Part shown: piece by piece, positions 7,958 to 17,522 of the stretch
Layout of the letters: each line of letters begins with the position of its first letter
Numbering within the stretch: the first letter of the stretch is position 1
Source: a virus
Lineage: Duplodnaviria; Caudoviricetes
DNA length: 57,287 bases
IMG/VR virus record: IMGVR_UViG_3300044724_002038
Coordinates: 1-57,287 of that record
Direction: 5' to 3' (one strand)
Notes under the pieces: generated by a model
Told to the model about the DNA's origin: nothing
What the model saw: only the letters and a program-made list of their open reading frames with translations
Databases searched by the model: none
Program-made: the position numbers and the translations under genes

Positions 7958-8400
7958 TATCGCTTTCTACTCCTCTTAATAAAACTTGGAACATCAACTG
8001 CACTCATCTTCAGATATTCCCGATCGTCGGTCAACATCTTTTTATTATAATACTCCCTCATATCACTAACCGAATACCATAGAAGATAACCAGTGTTTGG
8101 ATTGACGTGAAAAACTCTATCACTTTCAATCTTGAACAACCAATCTTTATGAATAAAGAATGTTCCATTATCTTGAAGATTATTCTTTACATCACAAGAA
8201 TAGTAGTTGGCCCATTTAGGATTACGAAACTCAATATCTATACCAGCAATTTGCTTTTTGTAATCATCTTCAAAATGACGAGTATACCAACCCCATGACT
8301 CAAAAACAGAGAGGAGGAAATCTTCCCCCTCCTTGCCTTTCTTCCCCTTTTCACCAAACGCCTCTTCGAGCGTTGTGGTCCATTTGTTTGTTAACCTCAT
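7957..8400 (-). CDS. PD-(D/E)XK nuclease-like protein
   Basis: G..GE helix, QIAGID...SCDVKNN. Confidence 0.7.
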   Translation of the reverse strand: MRLTNKWTTTLEEAFGEKGKKGKEGEDFLLSVFESWGWYTRHFEDDYKKQIAGIDIEFRNPKWANYYSCDVKNNLQDNGTFFIHKDWLFKIESDRVFHVNPNTGYLLWYSVSDMREYYNKKMLTDDREYLKMSAVDVPSFIKRSRKR

Positions 8401-8627
8401 TAGATCACCTTATCTGAAACATTCAAGGCAAGGTTAGAAGCAATCGCATCAAGACGACGACCATTCATCGTCGATGAAACTTCACGACGGAAACGACCAA
8501 CATTCTCTTTGAACTTACCCTTCGAACGAAAGTTATCGATCATCTCAAAGAGAATCTCTTGCTTGTCCATAGCATCAGACGCTGCCCAGACACGTTGTGC
8601 TGCTTCACTAAAATCATACATCTTCAT
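8400..8627 (-). CDS. Hypothetical early protein
   Basis: ORF with GGAG SD before MKMYDF and its own promoter. Confidence 0.7.
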   Translation of the reverse strand: MKMYDFSEAAQRVWAASDAMDKQEILFEMIDNFRSKGKFKENVGRFRREVSSTMNGRRLDAIASNLALNVSDKVI

Positions 8628-8656
8628 AACAATCTCCATTCACATTTGATATCATT

Positions 8657-8685
8657 ATAATACTACAAGATTGCGACATATGCAA
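8657..8685 (-). promoter_or_regulatory. sigma70-type internal promoter
   Basis: TTGCAT-17-TATTAT. Confidence 0.65.
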
Positions 8686-8693
8686 CAGTTATT

Positions 8694-9395
8694 TTACTGT
8701 AAAATTGATAATCCTCTCGCAATGTTTAGAAACTCTCTACGAGCTTCTGAACCCTGCTCGGCAAAGATACCATCAACAGCTAACGTACATGTACTGCTAC
8801 CTGTATCCTGAATTCCACGACTCTTTACACAATAGTGGATGGCTTCAAGATAGACAGCAACATCAGGTGTACCAGTAACAAAGCTAATAGCTGCAGCAAT
8901 CTGTTCAGTCAATCGCTCTTGAACCTGAGGACGCTTAGCAAAGAATTCCACAATACGATTCAGCTTAGATAGACCAAGAACTTTATCTCGTGGAACATAA
9001 GCAACACAAGCCTTACCATCAATCACAACAAAGTGATGTTCACAGTTAGATTGGACGTTAATGTTTCGCTCTACAACAAAAGAACCTGCAGAGTTCTTAC
9101 CCATCTTGTTTTCAATCGTAGTACACTTAGGGAACTTAGTATAATCCAATCCCCAGAAAATCTCCTTCACCCACATCTTTGCTACACGATTAGGTGTATC
9201 ACATAACGAATCATCGTTGAGATCTAATCCCAATGTAGTCAATGCATCAGTCATATGCTCTTTAATCTTTGCAATCTTTTCTTCTTCACTCACATTAACA
9301 AGATCAGTCATAGGTGTTTCAAGACCAATACTTACTAAGTGATCTCGTACCTGAAGACCTAAGTCCTTATCTGATTTGTAATCAGGATGAGACAT
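8694..9395 (-). CDS. folE: GTP cyclohydrolase I
   Basis: DTPNRVAKM, SNCEHH, GLSKLNRIVEFFAKRPQVQERLT, HYCVKSRG. Confidence 0.97.
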   Translation of the reverse strand: MSHPDYKSDKDLGLQVRDHLVSIGLETPMTDLVNVSEEEKIAKIKEHMTDALTTLGLDLNDDSLCDTPNRVAKMWVKEIFWGLDYTKFPKCTTIENKMGKNSAGSFVVERNINVQSNCEHHFVVIDGKACVAYVPRDKVLGLSKLNRIVEFFAKRPQVQERLTEQIAAAISFVTGTPDVAVYLEAIHYCVKSRGIQDTGSSTCTLAVDGIFAEQGSEARREFLNIARGLSILQ

Positions 9396-9851
9396 TTATT
9401 TTTCCTTCCTATAAATTGCACTATTTGCTCCATGCTCAGAACATTCTACCTGATCAACCCAGCAACGTCCACTAGTTTTTTCACGGATCAATTCGTCAGC
9501 AAAGTTAAATGCATGTTCAGCAAACTTCTCAGCGCCGACACCATCAAAGATGCGAACCTCACATAGATCTAACTCTTGCAGCTCCATAAACTTATCAAGA
9601 TGTGGATCGTTTTTATCAATGGCTGTTTTATGATCAAACATATCCTCTAGCCAAGCTTTTAGAGGCTTGAGACCACCAAAGTCTACTGCCCAGTTTTTAT
9701 TGTCCAACTGATCACAACCAAATGTAAACTTGAATGCAAGACTGTATCCATGCAATAGATGACAGTGTGAATGATCAGCATTAGGTTGACGAAACACAGC
9801 CGACAATCCAATATTATGACCATATGTTTTAGTACTGTAATATTTTCCCAT
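9396..9851 (-). CDS. queD: 6-carboxy-5,6,7,8-tetrahydropterin synthase
   Basis: CHLLHGYS, VDFGGLK, FDH; start adjusted to MGKYYS. Confidence 0.92.
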   Translation of the reverse strand: MGKYYSTKTYGHNIGLSAVFRQPNADHSHCHLLHGYSLAFKFTFGCDQLDNKNWAVDFGGLKPLKAWLEDMFDHKTAIDKNDPHLDKFMELQELDLCEVRIFDGVGAEKFAEHAFNFADELIREKTSGRCWVDQVECSEHGANSAIYRKEK

Positions 9852-9852
9852 A

Positions 9853-10773
9853 TTATGTTCCAATCGTATTTCCCCAGATGTGCACATGCACTCTGGAGCT
9901 GTAATTATAGCCACGCTTCAATGCTTCATTAGCTGTTGCAGCTTCTGTACTATGTCCTTCCAACTCTCCTTTTTGTCCTTCCAATGTGCCACCAGCATTC
10001 ATAATCCAGACAGGATATGGTACACCAACAGCACGGAAGTTAGCAACAACATCTTCTACTTCATCCCAACTCTCTTTGGTGTTATTGACAACGAACTTCA
10101 ATTGACCCTTCTTACTAACATCAGCATACTGTGCTGCAACTTCAGGTTTGATCGCTTTCTCTGGCTTTTCACCTGATACACTATATAGTTTCGGTGACAT
10201 AGAGAAAAATACTTCACCAGCAAAAATACCTTTGTTAGTAATCACATCAAGAAAACCATCTTTCAATCCCTGTGTACCGTTTGTTTCAAACGTAATATTA
10301 GAGAGAACATTGTGATGATTCGTTCTTAGTGATCTGATAATCTCTGCTGTACATTCCTGAGCGTGAGGCATTAGAGGCTCACCACCGGTAAAGCACATAT
10401 GTACTGGCTGATGGTAAGGTCGTGTAAACTCACCATTAGGATTGTTTGGTGTACGAATAACATCTACTAGCTTGTCTGCAATCTGATCAGGTGTCTCATG
10501 ATATTGCAATGACTTAAACTTCTTAGCCCAACTATATGAACTATCACAACCATAATTGAATACAGGAAGATCTGTCATCTTCTCATACTGACTAACATCT
10601 ACGTCCTTGTATGGAAGATAGTGTGTGGAAGGATCCTTAGGATCGGTCTGACCAAATCCATTGCACTGTAGATTACACATAAAGTATCTCATCCAAGCTG
10701 TAGGAACACCAGTATAATGTCCCTCACCTTGAATGGAATAAAAGATTTCAGAGTAATAATACTTACGCTGCAC
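9853..10773 (-). CDS. queE: 7-carboxy-7-deazaguanine synthase (radical SAM)
   Basis: EIFYSIQGEG, CNLQC...CDS, FTGGEPL, ETNGT, SPKL, RVHVHIWG; GTG start behind GGAG. Confidence 0.93.
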   Translation of the reverse strand: MQRKYYYSEIFYSIQGEGHYTGVPTAWMRYFMCNLQCNGFGQTDPKDPSTHYLPYKDVDVSQYEKMTDLPVFNYGCDSSYSWAKKFKSLQYHETPDQIADKLVDVIRTPNNPNGEFTRPYHQPVHMCFTGGEPLMPHAQECTAEIIRSLRTNHHNVLSNITFETNGTQGLKDGFLDVITNKGIFAGEVFFSMSPKLYSVSGEKPEKAIKPEVAAQYADVSKKGQLKFVVNNTKESWDEVEDVVANFRAVGVPYPVWIMNAGGTLEGQKGELEGHSTEAATANEALKRGYNYSSRVHVHIWGNTIGT

Positions 10774-11272
10774 GTTTCTGTCTCCGTAAAAACTGTTTAT
10801 ATTTTTTGTATGCACGTTCCTTATGGAAGCGAGTAGCACGAGTACGGAAGTCAATACCTTCCATATGATCATACTCATGTTGGAATATTCTTGCAGTATA
10901 CCCATTAAATCGTGCTGTGTCAACAACTCCATCTACTGTAGTCATACGGACACGAATCTCAGTAGGACGCTTCAATGCTAACAGATATCCTGGAATTGAT
11001 AAGCATCCCTCCTCTGCAACCTCATTATCATCTATGTAATTGATAATATGGGGATTGAATACTGGAATAATAGACTCCTTATTCGTAGGATTACCCATCA
11101 CAAAGACACGATATGGCAAACCTACCTGATTGGCAGATAGACCAACACCTCCCAGCCTACACATAGCATCACCAAGTGCATCAATCAATTGATGAGGATC
11201 AATTTGTGGATTATTAAAGTCAAATTGCTCTGTTTGTGTATACAACAGCTTATCTGTCAATTCAAGTTTCAT
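10763..11272 (-). CDS. def: Peptide deformylase
   Basis: GVGLSANQVG, EGCLS, QHEYDH. Confidence 0.96.
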   Translation of the reverse strand: MKLELTDKLLYTQTEQFDFNNPQIDPHQLIDALGDAMCRLGGVGLSANQVGLPYRVFVMGNPTNKESIIPVFNPHIINYIDDNEVAEEGCLSIPGYLLALKRPTEIRVRMTTVDGVVDTARFNGYTARIFQHEYDHMEGIDFRTRATRFHKERAYKKYKQFLRRQKRAA

Positions 11273-11280
11273 ATCATCTC

Positions 11281-11649
11281 CTAGACTACAAATTTCTCAA
11301 CAAGGTTCATTGCTACCGCTGTACCAGTAATCGCACTACCAATCATGATAGCACGATCCCCCCACTGAATACCAACGTAGATCCAACCAATAGAACTTAT
11401 TATATATGCAACCTGACCATATGTCAAGAGGTTTGCGCTAATTAAAAACACACCACACACAGCAAGCATCATTGAAGCCCATTTCACATACCAGTCAATC
11501 GTACCAGTTGGTGTAGTAGGTTTTAGGTCTTCTACTTCTGTTTGAAGTTCCTCTAATTCTTGTTTGAGTCGCTTACGTTCTTTAGAGAGCTCCATGGCAA
11601 GTTGCCCTGCCTTAGTCATCGCACTCCCTTCTTCCTCAATATCAGTCAT
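11281..11649 (-). CDS. Small membrane protein (coiled-coil + ~3 TM)
   Basis: Charged helical N-terminus then DWYVKW and three hydrophobic segments. Confidence 0.75.
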   Translation of the reverse strand: MTDIEEEGSAMTKAGQLAMELSKERKRLKQELEELQTEVEDLKPTTPTGTIDWYVKWASMMLAVCGVFLISANLLTYGQVAYIISSIGWIYVGIQWGDRAIMIGSAITGTAVAMNLVEKFVV

Positions 11650-11812
11650 CTATTTTACTTTTCAACTCGTCCATCCTCAAGTCCATATAGTGACGAACCA
11701 CATACAACTCTCTTAAAGATGCACCATCATTACAATTTCTAATTTTAGTTTCTACGATCATTGCTTCATATTCTAATGAATATAGAGAAGACCACTCGCT
11801 TGAATTTAACAT
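11642..11812 (-). CDS. 56-aa hypothetical protein
   Basis: Manual: MLNSSEWSSLYSLEYEAMIVETKIRNCNDGASLRELYVVRHYMDLRMDELKSKIDD; fills the gap after gp46. Confidence 0.55.
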   Translation of the reverse strand: MLNSSEWSSLYSLEYEAMIVETKIRNCNDGASLRELYVVRHYMDLRMDELKSKIDD

Positions 11813-11819
11813 ACTACCC

Positions 11820-13535
11820 TCATGCTGCTATCCTACTAAAATTTCCATGCTTCTCAAATCGAATGATACTACGGAATTTGTCGATAATAACATCGCCCTT
11901 GTGACTAATAATAAACGTATTTGTGTCTGCTGTCAAGCCCTCAAGTATCTTGAAGAACTCCTCTGTGCCGTTGCCATCAAGTGAACTGTCAAACACCTCA
12001 TCCATAATAAGCAGATTGGTGCTAACACTGTTACGCAACTTGGCAACTGTTCGCCATGTGAATAGCAGTGCTAAGTCAATACGCATCTTCTCGCCCTCAG
12101 AGAATGACTCATATGAAAACTCATCACGGAAGCGTGACTTGATCTTTTCATTGAAGTTTTCGTCGAGTTCAAACTGAACAAAGAATCCTAGTTGCTGAAG
12201 ATAATGGTTAACTAACTTGTTCATCACAGGGACATACTGCTTGATAATCTGTGACTTGATACCACTATCACGAAGCATCTCTGACCCAACACGGAATAGA
12301 GTCTGCTCTTCACCTAGATCAGTTTTACGTACACGATAACTGTTCAATTCATTTTTAAGATCTTCAATGCTATTATCACTATTCTTGACCTCATCTACTT
12401 TAGATGATAGATCTGCAATCTCATTGTTAAGTGAAGATACAAACTCATTATATGTAAAGATATTACGATTATGATCAGAAACCTGAGTATTGATCTCAGA
12501 GATCTGTTGGTTAACTTGTAGAATTTCTTCTAGTCTGGATTCTAATTGATTACGTTTATTCTGAAGCATCTCCAATGTTTCATTTGCCTCAACAAGCTTA
12601 TCATTACGGTCTTCGACAATTTGTTCTTTGAAGTGAATGGAAATATCCTGCTGACAGGTTGGACAGTTCTCGTGATCATGAAAGAACTCAATCTCTTTCG
12701 TTATCTTTTTTACTCGTCGTTGGAGCTGCTGGAGTCCTGATGCAACTTTTCCTTTTTTATCTTCAGTTTGGTCCTGATCAGAGATTCGGTCTTCCAGAGT
12801 TCCAATTTCAACTTGAAGATCTGAAAGTCTTTCGGTCTCGATATTAATCTTTCCCTCAAAGTCTGCAATTTGTTTCTTTTTTGCATCTATAGTCTTTCTA
12901 TGGTTAGTTACCATAGTATTTAGATGCTTCTTTTCCATGTTGATCTTTTCATCAATCAGATCAATTTGATACTCTATCTCACGGATATCAGATTTATTCT
13001 GAGACAACCGCTCCTTCAATAGGTTATTCATAGATGAAAAGATTTGTAGATCAAGTAAGTCTTCAATCACTTCTCTGCGCTGCGCTGCTGACAATTGCAT
13101 AAAGGGAACAAAGGTAGATGATCCAAGGACGACGACCTGACTGAATGACTTGTGATTCATCTTGAGAATATTCTTCTCCAGATGCTCTTGATAATCACGA
13201 ACCGAGGCATTCTGACTAATCAGATTACCATTTTGATAGATTTCAAATACACCTGGCTTGATACCACGACGAATCAAAAATGAACCTCTACCAATGTCGA
13301 ATTCAACCTCAACCAATAGACCCTTTTCATTAACAGAGTTAACTAGTTGAGGCTTGTTGATTTTACGGAATGGCTTACCGTATAGAACAAATGACAAAGC
13401 GTCAAGAACGGTACTCTTGCCAGCACCGTTCTCACCAATAATCAATGTTGTCTTATTTCGTAGAAAGTCAATTTCGGTAAAAGCATTGCCTGTAGACAGA
13501 ATGTTTTTGTACCGAATACATTTGAATGTAATCAA
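11820..13535 (-). CDS. gp46: Recombination ATPase gp46 (Rad50/SbcC-like)
   Basis: GENGAGKST, CPTC hook, FSEGEKMRIDLALLFTWR, DEVFD. Confidence 0.97.
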   Translation of the reverse strand: MITFKCIRYKNILSTGNAFTEIDFLRNKTTLIIGENGAGKSTVLDALSFVLYGKPFRKINKPQLVNSVNEKGLLVEVEFDIGRGSFLIRRGIKPGVFEIYQNGNLISQNASVRDYQEHLEKNILKMNHKSFSQVVVLGSSTFVPFMQLSAAQRREVIEDLLDLQIFSSMNNLLKERLSQNKSDIREIEYQIDLIDEKINMEKKHLNTMVTNHRKTIDAKKKQIADFEGKINIETERLSDLQVEIGTLEDRISDQDQTEDKKGKVASGLQQLQRRVKKITKEIEFFHDHENCPTCQQDISIHFKEQIVEDRNDKLVEANETLEMLQNKRNQLESRLEEILQVNQQISEINTQVSDHNRNIFTYNEFVSSLNNEIADLSSKVDEVKNSDNSIEDLKNELNSYRVRKTDLGEEQTLFRVGSEMLRDSGIKSQIIKQYVPVMNKLVNHYLQQLGFFVQFELDENFNEKIKSRFRDEFSYESFSEGEKMRIDLALLFTWRTVAKLRNSVSTNLLIMDEVFDSSLDGNGTEEFFKILEGLTADTNTFIISHKGDVIIDKFRSIIRFEKHGNFSRIAA

Positions 13536-13538
13536 AAT

Positions 13539-14603
13539 TTACTCCAAAGTTAGAGCCTCAGTATATAGATTGTTGAATAATCCTTTGAGCTTCTTCTTAC
13601 TTACCGCCGTATCAATCTGATCAACGTATCCTTCCAACATCTCCATAGTCGATTTAGCTTCATCTATTATACCATCTTCATCGTCAATGTCAAGGTTTAA
13701 AACGTCCTCAATGATTTGTAAATTCTGGACACCTGCCTTCTCAATACGATCAACAAATAAGTCAAATAGATATGGATTGGATTTGTTCTTAACAATAAGT
13801 TTGATATGCGTCCCATCGAAGATTGAGAAGTCAATATCATCGAGGTCTTCAATCTTCATGGTAGTATCATCATAGTTAAACTTATGAAACATTTGTAGAG
13901 GATTAGGAATAAACTCTAACTCTCGTGTGTTTGTATCATAGATATGAAAGCCCTTCAAATCTTCAAAGTCACTCCAGGTCATTTCATATGGACAACCAAG
14001 ATATGATATATTACCCTCAGTAGAGCGATGATGGAAGTGTCCAGACATTACCTGGTCAAACTTACGAAACTCTTCACGATCAAACCCACTATCACAAAAT
14101 GCACCACGGTGCATCTCAAACCCATTAAGCTCTAGATGACCCATCATAACTTGACTTTTGGTATCTTTTACTGCGTTCCAACTGTCATTCCAGTTATCAG
14201 CACAAATCCAGGGTAGCATAAGAATATCAAGCCCATCAATGTTAATCTCAGTGGGTTTGTCGATTAGATTAATCTCATACTCACTTGTACCATACAACTG
14301 ATCGATGGCATTGATATCAAGTTTGTTACGAAAGTAAATGTCATGATTACCAATGATGCACCAGAACTTCATGCCACGTTCAGCAATCGGTTTGATAAGG
14401 TCTTCATGCAACTGATTAGATGACACAAAGTTAATATACTTACGACGATCAACGATATCACCTAGATGGATGATATGGTCAATCTTATTGTCATCGATAT
14501 ATGGAAAAAACACTTCATTCCAGAAGCGAGAGAAGAACTTAGCAAACACTTGATTGTCATTACGAGCGCCGAAGTGTGTATCGGTGACAAGTGCTACCTT
14601 CAT
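13539..14603 (-). CDS. gp47: Recombination nuclease gp47 (Mre11/SbcD-like)
   Basis: TDTHFG, LGD, GNHD, SGHFH. Confidence 0.97.
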   Translation of the reverse strand: MKVALVTDTHFGARNDNQVFAKFFSRFWNEVFFPYIDDNKIDHIIHLGDIVDRRKYINFVSSNQLHEDLIKPIAERGMKFWCIIGNHDIYFRNKLDINAIDQLYGTSEYEINLIDKPTEINIDGLDILMLPWICADNWNDSWNAVKDTKSQVMMGHLELNGFEMHRGAFCDSGFDREEFRKFDQVMSGHFHHRSTEGNISYLGCPYEMTWSDFEDLKGFHIYDTNTRELEFIPNPLQMFHKFNYDDTTMKIEDLDDIDFSIFDGTHIKLIVKNKSNPYLFDLFVDRIEKAGVQNLQIIEDVLNLDIDDEDGIIDEAKSTMEMLEGYVDQIDTAVSKKKLKGLFNNLYTEALTLE

Positions 14604-15094
14604 TTATTGAACCTCTTTTCTTCGAAATCTTGAATAAACATAGATGCATTCTCTGATGCACCTTCGCTTGATTTGATTAACTCTCTATCCTCACCAGACA
14701 TAACTGACTCAAGATTAAACATCTCCGTTGCTTTATACTTTGTGTACAGAGCCTTCTTCTCTTTCTCAATACGTCTTAGATAAGCATAATAGATGATTTG
14801 AGTAAAATAGGCAAATGGATTCGTAGATTTATCAGGATTAAAATTATTCACATACATAATACAATTTTCAATACCATCACCAATCATCTCTTCCTTGAAG
14901 GGATAATTAATGAAGTTTGGCTTGTTGGATAGCTTATAAGCAATACGCATGATGCAGTCACCAACATAATTTGGAACGCGAGGAGGTGAAACTCCTGCCT
15001 CTAAGGCGGCATCACGATCATCACGATATCGCAACATTTCTGCATAAAACTTTTTATTATCTACATAATGTTCTCGTTGTTGTGCTTTTCTCAT
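14600..15094 (-). CDS. gp55: Late sigma factor gp55
   Basis: HYVDNK, PNFINY, EMIGDGIENC, NPFAYFTQIIYYAYLRRI. Confidence 0.97.
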   Translation of the reverse strand: MRKAQQREHYVDNKKFYAEMLRYRDDRDAALEAGVSPPRVPNYVGDCIMRIAYKLSNKPNFINYPFKEEMIGDGIENCIMYVNNFNPDKSTNPFAYFTQIIYYAYLRRIEKEKKALYTKYKATEMFNLESVMSGEDRELIKSSEGASENASMFIQDFEEKRFNK

Positions 15095-15121
15095 AATGTC
15101 TCCTTGTTAGAAATATCATTC

Positions 15122-15150
15122 ATAATATTATAATATCATCAATACGTCAA
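15122..15150 (-). promoter_or_regulatory. sigma70-type promoter for gp55 operon
   Basis: TTGACG-17-TATTAT. Confidence 0.75.
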
Positions 15151-15173
15151 GGATAATTTTTATAATTTTATCG

Positions 15174-15202
15174 TTGACATACTGTTGACAAAGCGGTAGA
15201 TT
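15174..15202 (+). promoter_or_regulatory. Divergent sigma70-type promoter, antisense to uvsW operon
   Basis: TTGACA-17-TAGATT with upstream AT-rich tract. Confidence 0.55.
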
Positions 15203-15216
15203 AACTATGTAGCCTG

Positions 15217-15624
15217 TTAATGAATAGTACCTTTGATGTTACTTAGTAATTCAGCTATAGCATTGGAGGTTGGTTTGTATTCATATTCATCTTGTACATC
15301 ACCTTTATTGCGAAGCTCATCTGCCTCATCGAACGTGTCTGTTAAGTATCTTTCGTAGTACTCTTTGATATCTTCATCAACTAGACCAATGGTTACAATG
15401 TGTGTTACACCATAAAAGAAGTTGCGACTCTTTGACATTCCATTGAATATAATATTGAAGAATACTTCACTGTTCTCTGTACTACAAATAACTGGATTCT
15501 TCAATAGAATGCCATAAGATGTTGCATTCATAATTTTGCCAATAATTGTCTCACCGTTTGTTAATTGTACAATGCGGTATCTATCATTCTGTAGTGTTTC
15601 ATCGGAAAATTCTTGATGATTCAT
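15217..15624 (-). CDS. Conserved protein downstream of uvsW (Sm-like N-terminus)
   Basis: IVQLTNGETIIG start, ...TIH end; typical position. Confidence 0.75.
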   Translation of the reverse strand: MNHQEFSDETLQNDRYRIVQLTNGETIIGKIMNATSYGILLKNPVICSTENSEVFFNIIFNGMSKSRNFFYGVTHIVTIGLVDEDIKEYYERYLTDTFDEADELRNKGDVQDEYEYKPTSNAIAELLSNIKGTIH

Positions 15625-15625
15625 A

Positions 15626-17146
15626 TTATTTCTCCAAATCTATTTTATAAAGTTTATAGTCAAACTTCTCTTGATTGTAGATTTTAACTCGTTCGTATAA
15701 ATGTTTTAGAGTGTAGTTCACGTGTTTCTTGTATTGTAAATCGTCACCGATATCAAACAAGGTACATTGATCCTTGTTATCACTGATTCTCAACCCCCGA
15801 CCAATAGATTGAAGATTTCTAATTTTACTTTTAGAAGGACTGGCAAATATAATATTGTGCAAAGCTCTAATATTAATGCCAGTAGAAAAAGTACCATACG
15901 AGGCGATGATAATTGCATTCGTTTCTTTCTCTGTGATTTCCCTTACTGACTCTCTTGTCTCGCCATCAGTACCACCAAAGACAAAGAATACTTTACGGTC
16001 TTTGTTTACCTTATTATTTATAAGCTCATAAAGAACCTTTCCATGCTTCTCAACATACTGGAATAATAAGAGAGTGTTGCCCTCCAAAGACAGTGTAAGA
16101 TTCTGTATAAATTTATTGCGATGGGTATTACCAACAATGAAATCCATCTCTTGTTGATATTTCAACTTTGTATGATCTTTACAGGTTTGCTCTGAATACT
16201 TTAATACAAGAATTTTAATTTTAAGATCAGCAAGTTGATTGCTTTCCATCAAGTCTTTAGTCTTAATCAAAGACTTAGTGGGACCAAACAATCCTTCAAG
16301 AACAAGTTGATGTGTTTGAGATCCATCAAGCGTACCAGTAAAGCCAAACCGATACTTAATATCTGTCATTTTTTCTAAAATAGAAGTCAAAGACTTTGCT
16401 TTGAACAGATGGGCCTCATCTCCAATAACGACGCCAAACTGGTCGTAGAACTTCCTATGCTGCTTGTATACAGACTGCCATGTAGTAATGACTATATTGC
16501 TATCTATTTTATCTTTCCACGCCTTATCAGTGTCCCCAGTGATTTTTAATACCTCAAATGGTCCTTGATTGTAATCCTCAAAGTCTTTTGCTAATTGGTG
16601 AACTAGAGAGATTGTCGGTACAATAATAAGTTTTTTATGGGGATAAAAGCGTGATAACAGGTAAATCATCAATGACTTACCAGAGCCTGTAGGAGATAAC
16701 AACAAACATCTATTGTTACGTACGGCATGTACAAAGCCATTTATTTGATAATCACGAGGTGTATGTTTGGGTTTGATACTTTGTACAAACTGACCACATT
16801 CAAACACAGAAAACTCATTAGCTGTATCGATATGGTCTTGAACCTCTATACTATAATTCATTGAAGCAGCAAACTTCTTTACTTCTCCAATTAGACCTTT
16901 ATATATTCGTTGTGTATTAAGATTGTATAATCTAATTTTACCATCCCATTGCCTTGCTTTGTAGGCAGGCATATACTTATAACCTGGGACAAAAAATGAA
17001 AAGTGTTCGTAAAGTTCTTGAGCAGTACTGCGTTCACAATCTACTCTAACATATACTTCACTATGTGGTTTGATGATAATATCAGCTAGCGCCGTTTGAG
17101 AATTTTCTCCACTCAATTGCGTTTCTGATGTTCCATTGTCTTCCAT
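15626..17146 (-). CDS. uvsW: SF2 helicase UvsW
   Basis: PRDYQ, SPTGSGKS, GDEAH, TGT, QSIGRGLR; exact start uncertain. Confidence 0.96.
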   Translation of the reverse strand: MEDNGTSETQLSGENSQTALADIIIKPHSEVYVRVDCERSTAQELYEHFSFFVPGYKYMPAYKARQWDGKIRLYNLNTQRIYKGLIGEVKKFAASMNYSIEVQDHIDTANEFSVFECGQFVQSIKPKHTPRDYQINGFVHAVRNNRCLLLSPTGSGKSLMIYLLSRFYPHKKLIIVPTISLVHQLAKDFEDYNQGPFEVLKITGDTDKAWKDKIDSNIVITTWQSVYKQHRKFYDQFGVVIGDEAHLFKAKSLTSILEKMTDIKYRFGFTGTLDGSQTHQLVLEGLFGPTKSLIKTKDLMESNQLADLKIKILVLKYSEQTCKDHTKLKYQQEMDFIVGNTHRNKFIQNLTLSLEGNTLLLFQYVEKHGKVLYELINNKVNKDRKVFFVFGGTDGETRESVREITEKETNAIIIASYGTFSTGINIRALHNIIFASPSKSKIRNLQSIGRGLRISDNKDQCTLFDIGDDLQYKKHVNYTLKHLYERVKIYNQEKFDYKLYKIDLEK

Positions 17147-17522
17147 TAACAGCCTTCATTATTTCCTCAATCACATCAACAATCTCTTGCTGATATGATG
17201 TCCTAAGGTTCAACTCAATCATGTCGGAATCTGTGTCGACATAAGTATGTATGTCAGATTTCAGAACCGTTTTTAGATATGGCTCTCGTTTGATTTCAGC
17301 TAAGTCTTCAGGATTGTTAAGATCGCCTCGATAATACTCAGCAAGGGTCTTAGCAAGTTGTTGCTTTTTAATTGTAAGACGACGCAACTTCTGTCGTTCT
17401 TTTGTAAGGATACTAAGCCACTTTGCATGAAGATTTGGTATCTTTAAACTTTCAGTATCTAAATCTACATTATCTATCTTCACATCTTCAGACCATAGGT
17501 CCATAATATTTTCAATATTCAT
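17082..17522 (-). CDS. uvsY: Recombination mediator UvsY
   Basis: ESLKIPNLHAKW, IRNAIEWRKF. Confidence 0.93.
   Translation of the reverse strand: MNIENIMDLWSEDVKIDNVDLDTESLKIPNLHAKWLSILTKERQKLRRLTIKKQQLAKTLAEYYRGDLNNPEDLAEIKREPYLKTVLKSDIHTYVDTDSDMIELNLRTSYQQEIVDVIEEIMKAVNGRQWNIRNAIEWRKFSNGAS

Noticed and set aside
8694-10773. Queuosine tRNA or folate auxiliary pathway
   Set aside because: No queC/queF/queA or canonical Zn-binding tgt here; DpdL-like and DpdA-like neighbours favour DNA modification, though not excluded
10774-10932. N-terminal extension of QueE
   Set aside because: Overlaps def; GTG with GGAG SD at 10773 fits the QueE start
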